Assembly: GCA_003142215.1 (NCBI GenBank)
Contig: PLOT01000126.1
Location: forward strand, 5,968-53,679
Origin: Granulicella sp.
GTDB taxonomy: Bacteria; Acidobacteriota; Terriglobia; Terriglobales; Acidobacteriaceae
DNA length: 47,712 nt
Direction: 5' to 3'
Every line of letters starts with the position of its first letter. Positions within the stretch are counted from its first letter, which is position 1. The position numbers and the translations under genes were made by a program. Below the pieces are notes generated by a model. That model searched no databases, was not told the origin of the DNA, and saw only the letters and a list, made by a program, of their open reading frames with translations. This document shows, one piece after another, positions 10,901 through 16,520 of this stretch.

Positions 10901-11617
10901 ATAGCCGGTCTTCGGAGAAATATCGCTGCCAACAAGGTCCGAAATCAACCCCGGCGTCATCACCGCCGTGGGCGTGGTGCCGCTCCCGATCAGCGGGTAG
11001 TTGACAACCTGATAAATCCAACCCGCAATCGGGTCAGCGTACTGATAGGTCACCTGCAAGGGCGCAGTGCGGCCGATCGGCACGGGAGAGCTGGCGCTGC
11101 CCGGCAGTTTCGGGTAAAAGTAGACCGTGAAGCTGCAAGACGCACCCGGCGCCATGAACAGGTAGGCTGTGCAAGTGCTGGAAGTGATCTGATACTCGTA
11201 GGTGGCGCTGTAGCCTGGAGCGATCTGTACGGACCAAAGATCGACCTGGTCAACTCCGCTCGCCGTCAGCGTAAAACTCTGCGAGTTGCTCTGGCCAACC
11301 GCGGCAATCGGGAAGACCTGGGAGGTGCCTGAACTGGTAAGCGTCAACATGCTCTGCGCCTGGGCGGACACGGGCATCCCCACCGCCAGCAGAACCGGCA
11401 GCAAGACGACCACACAGCGCCCTGCCGCGGCATGGAGGACGCGCCGCAAGGTCTGCGCCTGGGCAGAGACAGCCATCCCCGCCGCCAGCAGACCGAGCGC
11501 CATCGCGCAACCTGCGCGCACAGACGCACCGACACTACGACCGAGAGCCGCGCCCACGCTCCGGCGTTGTCTCTGTGCCCCATCCATAACTGCCGCAAAC
11601 CCGATTCCGTCTCTCAT
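1970..11617 (-). CDS. Giant (3215 aa) surface protein/adhesin with NHL beta-propeller repeats, choice-of-anchor-D/ASPM-like Ig domains, MBG and Big_3-like domains
   Basis: NHL repeats (PxGIAVDxxGNxYIADxGNxxVR, GDGGxA). Ig repeats (LNFGxVTVNTTSxTQTVTLTN...C...LAAGASCT...F.P). QTITF repeats. SSSNP...VTLTATV...PTGTVTFLDG...YGGDGNF (Big_3). N-terminal signal region. Confidence 0.93.
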   Translation of the reverse strand: MRDGIGFAAVMDGAQRQRRSVGAALGRSVGASVRAGCAMALGLLAAGMAVSAQAQTLRRVLHAAAGRCVVVLLPVLLAVGMPVSAQAQSMLTLTSSGTSQVFPIAAVGQSNSQSFTLTASGVDQVDLWSVQIAPGYSATYEYQITSSTCTAYLFMAPGASCSFTVYFYPKLPGSASSPVPIGRTAPLQVTYQYADPIAGWIYQVVNYPLIGSGTTPTAVMTPGLISDLVGSDISPKTGYAGDGGVASGAVFNNPAAIAVDGLGNIYIADTGNNVVRVVYKAGGIPNVASPVAGKIYTVAGIAPTGSASTAGAGVDGVAATASPLNGPSGIALDAAGNLYIADTGNSAVRMVSATTGIINTVAGTLNNGGVATSSGCCFSGDQGAATLAQLYNPAGIAVDGNGNIYIADSGNNAIRVVYMGGTPLAGLIATEYTSAATATAGDIYTIAGGLGNLPATGNGDGGLASAANLNLPLAVTVDSAGDLYFADSQNQSVRRVDAVTGNIGTLYQAATSPPGLSVDASDDIYFTLQGSCTVLQYNPTTQYGMTTPAMLPVAGNGSCTASGDGGAATEAGLNGAPGLVVDGTGNLYLLEADGVRFVDGSQTSFAFGSVNVGNTSPAQTAIVTDEDIIVPSNPAMSGLQGNYSGYFTVTPPFATTPYTNPNANPFNPNLNSNDCSNNQSYFALSPGDTCGTSFVFQPIADSTGGLPFTQTDYSNSASNHVQLSGTGAGPLPTATLTGGPLNFTGVVQMGYGAAQTLTLANTSNVNLTISSINPNQYNVPPFKETDNCGTLLAAHSTCTLSVTYSATATGLQTMTLTVTDNASSGGGTQTATLNGTGTAPVANLSVSSIQFPLTAPGASSAASIVTVTNTGTAPLTFCSTAIVAPSPSPQCFGYYTGTGTAAFTFSGNEADMFSVVGTTCGATLAISANCTVSVAISPTMPGYFTATLSVNDNSGGSALRAFYASQNVNLVGSSFTPAGRSSFTIGNATFPATAVGQSTTQTVTLQLNNSLALKSIAMQTGFTEYALGTISGCTVDGTTVNPSTTVCSIPVTFTPTAPGFRNAPLVVTTTEGGGTPYAFALTGTGTGPVAALTPGIISNYVGGSGAVCTGVVGEDGILAANAYVGFLNGMALDQAGNLYLSDSMNFLIWRVDPQGNIHLFAGNPFQCGGYDQYLDGNGGAALGANVEDGGPLAVDSVGGLYIGDNPANSAPSIRYINPVSKIITSVLGNLSNTGGQGNGWESNTYFYPGSIIQENLAVPNVPGPGTHNVNFLFTVTQGGTSGGTVPSFVSANVAGQTVVDGSVTWTNSGAGTTTGVGCPGQTDSFGDGCTGTNATLDGVSGIALDQAGNLYFADRYVFGPIVNGTESAVYNAVVRRMDAKTGIVTIYAGNGTYGHSGDNGLATSAKIIPGDIAFDSNGNLYIDEGLQVRMVNASTHIITTVAGSGVASPYQYQTCYGDVGDGGTALSAGFGGLGGIALDAANNLYLEDNTACDVRRVDQATQTITTIVGQSSGYNFTSGDFGGFGDFGYGSANLASLALPELVRVDGLGNVYIMEMSRGVRKIDVSKSTLEFSPWYSNGTFVQLPTGSVTGPMTVTVLNAGNTGPLTFNAPFTSPIAYGISTPDFTRDVSAPDCILLNSTGLAPGTECPYSIDFTPTVAGNPLFDTDQVSDNGALPTQTINLYGTSSGTAAQVTLLPPLLSFASMVNVTTAAQNFTLSNNTSSSLPITSILVTGSGASVFAQTNNCGATLAANSTCQIAVTFTPTILGQFIATVTVSDMVSGTPATQTAGMTGLTGTPNAILVEDQLNFGQQNVGITSAVKNLTLTSTGVVPLTISSITLTGTDTSQFAVGTTTCGTTLAPLAHCTIPVSFTPTSDSLVVNSVTTPFSAYVSVADNAPNTPQLSHLTGTGIGVAPTVLAITESIHVTDAQSDTPATILNIAETIHVTDGLVTNLPNVTLSASSLNFGPVTVNTTSATQTVTLTNNQAVALHFSSIAVAAPYAIVSTGTTCAVGTPVAAAGSCTLALTFTPTLLGATPGTLNIGDDAPNSPQTVSLSGSGTGIAPVTLSASSLNFGSVTVNTTSPTQTVTLTNNQTSSITIASLAVTTGSPYSISASSTCLNPTLAAGASCTVILTFNPVTLGAASVAALTITDNAPSSPQTVSLSGSGIALTTQTITFTDSLPTSATYSSGLTYTISATGGGSGNAVVFSVVSGPGTVSGTNGSTLTINGVGTVVVAANQAGNAYYAAATQVTQSIVVNQTTPTITFTVPNHTYGDAPFTVAATSSSSGAIAYLVVSGPATISGSTVTLTGAGSVVLQASQLAAGNYTAGTQTATVTVAKVSQTITFSAPASPVNYGVAPISLSATSTSGLAITFSVVSGSGTVSGSTLTIAGVGTLVLAANQAANTNYSAATQVTQSIVINQATQTISFTTPTSPVTYGVSPITLVATGGASNNAVVFAIDASSTGTGSIAGSTLTVTSVGTLVIDANQAGNANYSAATQVQRSVVVNAIAQAITFTQPTTPVTYSSGMTIPLSATGGASGNTVAFSVVSGPGTVSGTNGSTLTINGVGTVVVAANQAGNANYAAATQVTQSIVVNQATPAITWPTPAAISYGTALGATQLDASSTVAGTFAYSPAAGAVLTAGSQTLSVTFTPTNTTNYATATAKVTLAVNKASLLVTANSPVIAYGAAVPAYTAAITGFQGADTAASSVTGSASLTTVPSAPSAVGGYTITAAQGTLAATNYTFSFANGTLTIAKATSSLTGPALSAQPVQVVFNQAGSIPVTVAGQYSGTGIATPTGTISYTIGTGNAQLAAISSGTATVSIPSTQASGLYTVAVTYAGDTDYSAATALSFQVQVGQQAQTIAFNSLTPVTYGAAPITLSATATSGLPVTFTVKSGPATLNGNVLTATGAGSVVIAADQAGNTLWQAATEVTQTLTIGKAAPAAIGLASSSNPVLVQNAVTLTATVSSATGSPTGTVTFLDGSTPLGTATLAGGVATLTTSGLAVGSHTITAVYGGDGNFVSATSSALTEVIDDFDLAISVTSGSSSITSVTALPGGTAVFTLIVSPINATTFPAAVTLSVSGLPPGAIAIFSPATLPAGSGTTTVTLTIQLPQTAAALHPTHDLGRRLAPFALALLLLPFAGRLRRAGRRFGRTVSLLLLLGVTLSAAVGLSGCGSASGFFGQQQTTYTVTVTGSSGALSHSTTVTLTVE
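3834..4993. repeat. Near-identical 146-bp intragenic direct repeat (3834-3979 and 4848-4993)
   Basis: Direct comparison shows about 3 mismatches. Encodes FSVVSGPGTVSGTNGSTLTINGVGTVVVAANQAGNAxYAAATQVTQSIV twice. Confidence 0.9.
5340..5749. repeat. Near-identical 86-bp intragenic direct repeat (5340-5425 and 5664-5749)
   Basis: Two mismatches. Encodes VTLSASSLNFGxVTVNTTSxTQTVTLTNN. Confidence 0.9.
11353..11492. repeat. Duplicated signal-peptide segment (11353-11393 and 11452-11492)
   Basis: LLAAGMAVSAQAQT and LLAVGMPVSAQAQS lie 99 bp apart with DNA similarity. Confidence 0.8.
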
Positions 11618-11663
11618 CGCCGCTCTCCCTTTCCACTTCGCCCGAACCGTTGTGTCGAAGAAG

Positions 11664-12614
11664 TTAAGAGAAGCTGATGGTGACCGTGACCGTGATGATC
11701 TGGCCAGCGGTTGCGCTTACTGGTAAGGGAGAGGTTGGAATCTGGGTCGAGGTAAAAATTGCGGGGAAAACTGAATCGGTTATTGTTGTTGCTGGAACAT
11801 TGCCGGCACATCCCTTTGGCGCAAGATCTCCGCTTAGATCTGCGGAGGAGCCCGTGAAGTTAAGGTAGCCTGTGGCCCCGAAGTTGGTACCGAGTGCGCT
11901 CGAAGAGGTGGCGCATAGAGGAAGTATTGTTTGCACAGCGCTGATGGAGGTTAGACCGCTGGGAACCGTGAAGTTTCCAGACAGTACCCAATTGACCGTA
12001 GGGCTGAAATTCACCACGGTATTCAAAACGTTCTGTGACGGCGACAGGATAGCTTGCATGTTGGCTAACGCGAAAGTATTGATAAACGGGCTGGTTGACT
12101 TGGTCATTAGGTAACACGCAATCCCCTGGCCGCTATTCACGCAGTATTTACTTGGATCACTGGGAAACGCGCTGCTTGTCTGGATCAGGAGTATCCCCGG
12201 GTCCCCGGCCACGACATTTCCGGAGAGCAACGCCGCCAGAATCTGATCACCGGAGATGACATACCCGCTCGTTACCAGCGAGTTGTCGAACTCGCGGCGC
12301 TCGCCCGGCGTGCCGTCGGCGTTCTTCACCTGTAGCACCCAGTGGCCATGCACCTTGATGCCTTCACTCGCCGGCTTGCCGGGCGCAGCCGCCTCTTGCT
12401 CCTCGGCTGGCTTGGACGCAGCCTGGGCAGCCAGACCAGTCTTGGCCGAGGGTGCAGCCGTAGCCGGAGCCGCGGCGGAGACGTTGCTGCCTTGAACCGC
12501 TGCGGCCTGCTGGGCGACGCCCACCGGCGTCAGGGCAAGAATCGTGAATAGTCCGCACGCCCCGGCCAGCAGGCGCATCGAGTTGAGATTGAACTGCTCC
12601 ATCCTCTGTCTCAT
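11664..12614 (-). CDS. Secreted hypothetical protein (316 aa) with a phage-virion-protein-like beta domain
   Basis: GGGAG RBS, Sec signal (…LFTILALTPVGVA-QQ), Ala/Pro linker, then GIKVHGHWVLQVKNADG...EFDNSLVTSG...AGQIITVTVTISFS. Confidence 0.8.
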   Translation of the reverse strand: MRQRMEQFNLNSMRLLAGACGLFTILALTPVGVAQQAAAVQGSNVSAAAPATAAPSAKTGLAAQAASKPAEEQEAAAPGKPASEGIKVHGHWVLQVKNADGTPGERREFDNSLVTSGYVISGDQILAALLSGNVVAGDPGILLIQTSSAFPSDPSKYCVNSGQGIACYLMTKSTSPFINTFALANMQAILSPSQNVLNTVVNFSPTVNWVLSGNFTVPSGLTSISAVQTILPLCATSSSALGTNFGATGYLNFTGSSADLSGDLAPKGCAGNVPATTITDSVFPAIFTSTQIPTSPLPVSATAGQIITVTVTISFS

Positions 12615-12689
12615 GTCGTTTCTCCCCGTATCTTCGTTGCAAATGATTTTTTCTGTAGTTGGAGCTTGTACTTTTCTCCGCCTGTCCCG

Positions 12690-12929
12690 CTACCTGCGAT
12701 GTTTGTCCTGTGCTGTCAGCGGGGGTGCCGGTAACTCCGGGGACCCCGATTCGGGCCCACTGTCTGCGCTGGCCGGTTCCTTTGCGCCCTCCTTAGGCTG
12801 GTGCCGCACCAGCATCGAGACCCATTCCCGCTCCACTGTCACCTCGATGCGTCCCTGCGCGATCTCTTCCCCGTTCTTTTCATCTTTTGTTGTTTCCTCT
12901 ACCGATACGCCGCGGCGTAAGATGTTCAT
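12690..12929 (-). CDS. Small hypothetical protein (about 79 aa)
   Basis: GAGGAG RBS before ATG 12929. Core RIEVTVEREWVSMLVR. Co-oriented upstream of the surface-protein genes. Confidence 0.5.
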   Translation of the reverse strand: MNILRRGVSVEETTKDEKNGEEIAQGRIEVTVEREWVSMLVRHQPKEGAKEPASADSGPESGSPELPAPPLTAQDKHRR

Positions 12930-13016
12930 ACATTCGCTCCTCGTTTGCTGCTCACTAGCTGGCGTTCGGCAACCCGCTCGAGTTCCCACTGGAGCATGGT
13001 CTGGAATCGGGCGTCT

Positions 13017-13054
13017 TGAATTTGGCCTGAATTATTCTGAAAGTTTTATGAAAG
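13017..13054. promoter_or_regulatory. Four helically phased TGAA(A/T) direct repeats, candidate wHTH (OmpR/ToxR/CadC-type) binding site
   Basis: TGAATT 13017, TGAATT 13028, TGAAAG 13038, TGAAAG 13049 (spacing 11/10/11 bp) in the divergent intergenic region. Confidence 0.5.
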
Positions 13055-13060
13055 CGTCCT

Positions 13061-15409
13061 ATGTCATTCACTTCGCGCGGCTTGTATCGTTTCGATGGGT
13101 TTGAGCTGGACGCTTTCACGCGGGTCTTGACTCGCAACAATACCCCCATTCCGCTCACCCCGAAGACAATTGATGTCCTTGAGTATCTGGTTCTCAACGC
13201 CGGTCGGATTGTCATGAAGGAGGAGTTGATCCAGGCGGTCTGGCCCAACGCCTTTGTGGAAGAGAACAACCTGACCCAGCACATCTCCGCGTTGCGCAAG
13301 GCGCTGGCCGACAAGTCCGGCTGGATCGTGACCTACTCCGGCCGCGGATATCAGTTCACCGCCCAGGTCCAGGTGGAATATCCCGTGGATTCTCTTCCCG
13401 AGAGCCAGCCGGGGGACATCTTTGTGCAGCGCGTTCGGGAGCGCACCCATGTTGTCTTCGAGAATTCGCCGCCGCCTGCCCCCCTTGCGCTGCCTGCGGG
13501 GACTCCATTCCGCCGCCACATCCCGATCTGGTGGATGGGAGTCGGTATCCTGGCGACGGCGCTGATCGCCTTGGTCGCTCCTTCGTTATGGAAGCATTTT
13601 TCCAAGCCGCCGCAGCTCCGCACCGTCATGGTCGCCGACTTCGCCGATGCCACTGGCGACGCCACGTTCGACCGAACTCTCAAGAGAGCGTTGGAGATCG
13701 ACCTGGAGCAGACTCCCTATATCGATGTGATGAGCGAGCGCGAGGTGGTCGGCACGCTGCATCAAATGGGCCGCGAAGACACTTCGGCGATTGCCCCCGG
13801 CATTGCCAGGGAGATATGCGAGCGCAGCAACCGGCAGGTGCTCCTGACAGGAAGCATCGCCCCCGTTGGCCAGGAATATCTGCTGATGCTACAGGCGACC
13901 GATTGCGTTTCAGGCAAGATGCTCTCTGGCGCTAAGGCCGAGGCCCCGGACAAGGAGAAGGTGCTTGCCGCGCTGGACACGGTCGCCAACCGCGTCCGGC
14001 AGGACCTGGGAGAATCCGCCGAGTCGCTCGAGCGCTTTCAGGTTCCCATCGCGCAGGCTACCACCTCCTCGCTGGACGCCCTGGAGCAATACTCTACCGG
14101 CGAGTATCTGCTGGGAAGAATGGGCAAGGAGGAGAACGAGGTCCTCCCGTTCTTTCAACGCGCGCTGGCTCTGGACCCGCACTTTGCCATGGCGTCGGTC
14201 GCCATTGCCACTGGATACTTCAACCTGGGCGAGCCGAATCTGGCCGCGCCCTACTACCAGCGTGCCTTCGACCTCAGCAATCGCATCAGCGAGAAGGAGC
14301 GCCTCTACATCCGTGCTCACTACTACGCCGACGACATCCGCGACATTCGGCAGGGCATTCAGACCTACCGAATGTGGGCCGAGATCTATCCGCGCGACTG
14401 GGGGCCATGGCTCAACATCGCCATCCTGTACACCCAGCTCGGCCAGTTCGATGAGGCGATCTCCGCCGCGCAGCACGCGCTTGCGCTGGATGCAAACCAT
14501 GGAATCGTCTACGGCGTGCTGGCGCGAGACTACATGCGCCTGAACCGCTACGCCGAGGCCCAGTCCACCGCCCAGCGCGCCCTCGCCATTGGCATGGACT
14601 CCTCCCTGATCCATGCCACTCTGTTTGAGACCGCGCTGCTGCAGCAGGATCAATCTGCCTTATCGCGCGAGATCGCATGGAGCCGGGGCAAGGATGTCGA
14701 GTGGGAGTTCCTCGACCTACAGGCGCTGGCAGCAGCCAAAGAGGGTCGCTTGAAGCACACCGAAGAGCTCTTCGGCGCGGCATACGATTCCGCGCAACGC
14801 GAGGGCCTCTCCGAAACCGCGGACGATATCCTGCTCGACCAGGCGCGGATGGAGTTCGAGTTTGGCCTGCCTGCCGCATCGCGCGATACCCTCAGCCGCC
14901 TGCACAACCTCGGTGCCACTTCGCTGGAGCTTGCCATTCTGCGCGTGCAACTGGGCGACACCTCGGTTGCCCAACGCTATATGGCAGAGCACAACCCCGA
15001 CACGCATTCCGGCACCCTGATGGAGTATGTCTATCTGCCTCGGCTGCGTGCGGAGCTGGCCATCGAGCGCGGCAAGCCTCTCGAAGCCATTACCGCGCTC
15101 GAACCTGCCACGCCATACGAACTGGCCGATTACAACGTACTCATGCAAAGGGCCGGGGCCTATCTGCAGGCCGGACAGCCAGGCATGGCCGTTCATGACT
15201 ATCTGAAGGTCCTTGCCAACCGCGGTGTCGATCCTGTCTCTGCCCTATACCCTCTGGCGCAACTTGGCGTGGCTCGCGCCTATGCCATGGAAAACGACAA
15301 GGTCGTCAGCCGCAGCGAGTATGAAAAGTTCTTCAACTCATGGAAGGATGCGGATGCGGACCTCCCCGTCCTGAAACAGGCCCATCTCGAGTTCGCCCGT
15401 CTCAAGTAA
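13061..15409 (+). CDS. Membrane-anchored winged-helix (CadC/OmpR-type) transcriptional regulator with extracytoplasmic TolB-like/TPR region
   Basis: YRFDGFELD...LTPK...LEYLV.NAGRIV.KEELIQAVWP..FVEENNLTQHISALRKAL...GRGYQF, one TM helix, VMVADF...TGD..FD, then TPRs. Confidence 0.9.
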   Translation: MSFTSRGLYRFDGFELDAFTRVLTRNNTPIPLTPKTIDVLEYLVLNAGRIVMKEELIQAVWPNAFVEENNLTQHISALRKALADKSGWIVTYSGRGYQFTAQVQVEYPVDSLPESQPGDIFVQRVRERTHVVFENSPPPAPLALPAGTPFRRHIPIWWMGVGILATALIALVAPSLWKHFSKPPQLRTVMVADFADATGDATFDRTLKRALEIDLEQTPYIDVMSEREVVGTLHQMGREDTSAIAPGIAREICERSNRQVLLTGSIAPVGQEYLLMLQATDCVSGKMLSGAKAEAPDKEKVLAALDTVANRVRQDLGESAESLERFQVPIAQATTSSLDALEQYSTGEYLLGRMGKEENEVLPFFQRALALDPHFAMASVAIATGYFNLGEPNLAAPYYQRAFDLSNRISEKERLYIRAHYYADDIRDIRQGIQTYRMWAEIYPRDWGPWLNIAILYTQLGQFDEAISAAQHALALDANHGIVYGVLARDYMRLNRYAEAQSTAQRALAIGMDSSLIHATLFETALLQQDQSALSREIAWSRGKDVEWEFLDLQALAAAKEGRLKHTEELFGAAYDSAQREGLSETADDILLDQARMEFEFGLPAASRDTLSRLHNLGATSLELAILRVQLGDTSVAQRYMAEHNPDTHSGTLMEYVYLPRLRAELAIERGKPLEAITALEPATPYELADYNVLMQRAGAYLQAGQPGMAVHDYLKVLANRGVDPVSALYPLAQLGVARAYAMENDKVVSRSEYEKFFNSWKDADADLPVLKQAHLEFARLK

Positions 15410-15619
15410 TTCCGTCGTGGCTTATCCCAGTGACGTCTATCCATCGGTGCCGACCACCTCGTCCGCACCTACCCCTCCACGTAAGGCTTCGTCTCCGGTC
15501 CCCCGCCATCTGCGACATCGCCGCCCCACCTGGCTCACCACGGCCACGCTCCTCACATCGGCGAAGAGGCGTACAATTGAAAGTGCTGGCGTCACATCGC
15601 GCGGGCAGGAGAGTGTCAA

Positions 15620-15823
15620 ATGGCATCAGGAACAGTGAAATGGTTCAACGACGCAAAGGGCTTTGGCTTTATCACACCGGACGACGGCAGCGCAGACCTC
15701 TTTGCCCACTACTCTGCAATTGCGTCAAGCGGCTTCAAGTCACTTCAGGAAGGCCAAAAAGTAACCTTCGAAGCGACCAAGGGACCAAAGGGTATGCAGG
15801 CTTCGAACATCCAAGCCGCATAG
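15620..15823 (+). CDS. cspA: Cold-shock protein (CspA family)
   Basis: [48 protein letters not shown]. Confidence 0.97.
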   Translation: MASGTVKWFNDAKGFGFITPDDGSADLFAHYSAIASSGFKSLQEGQKVTFEATKGPKGMQASNIQAA

Positions 15824-15840
15824 ACTTTGTACCGAACGAT

Positions 15841-15878
15841 GGCTGTAACACCTGCGATCGCGGGGTTACAGCCTTTTT
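15841..15878 (+). terminator. Rho-independent terminator of csp
   Basis: GGCTGTAAC...GTTACAGCC stem followed by TTTTT. Confidence 0.85.
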
Positions 15879-16520
15879 CCCAATGATGATCGTGTAGATC
15901 GGATCGCCTGGCTCTTCCGTCAAGAACATTTGAATGTGGGCGGCGCACGCGCCGGGCTGTGCTTCTGCGGCGAGGATATGGGCTGCTAAGACTCAGCGAG
16001 CTGGGCTTCTAGCTGCATATCCAATTTCGAGTCTGTGCCAAACGGCTATCCTCCCATTCTTGCGAAGAGCCTCGACAATGCACGCTTCCACATAAGCAAC
16101 GGTACCTATATTGTGGGGAGCTAGCTTGAAGATCAATGCCTCGTGTTTCCTAAACTGTGGAATGTCACCACATAAGCGCCCTCAAGCCGCAAGACCCCAA
16201 CGCATCACATGCACCGTGGAACTCGGCACTAAGATTACTCCGTGTCGATGGGACCGCTGCGTATCTATTGTCACAAACATATGGGTGATGGTGACCCAGT
16301 GAATGTGGTTTTGGGACAATGACGGGTTTGCGGAAACGGGACGGTTTGGCTACGGGTATTGTCAAGTGCGAGAGACTGTGCCAGTTGGGCCGTACGGCAA
16401 CATTTCTCCCGAAAAGTCAGCATTCGGTAAAATGCCTTGGGCGAAGCCCCCCGTCACTTTACTGGGAACGCTGTATTTCAGAACCTTCAACGTCCGCTTG
16501 CCACTCAAACGATCCGCCCG

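Noticed and set aside
2582-11332. Long alternative-frame ORFs (2582-3742, 5783-6910, 9285-11021, 9458-11332)
   Set aside because: Arg/Gly-rich shadow ORFs expected from GC-rich codon bias in the giant gene.
11664-12614. Prophage
   Set aside because: No integrase, terminase, capsid or other phage genes, and the protein has a signal peptide.
15900-16450. Non-coding stretch with short ORFs; possible sRNA or gene remnant
   Set aside because: No recognisable motif, structure or coding signature.
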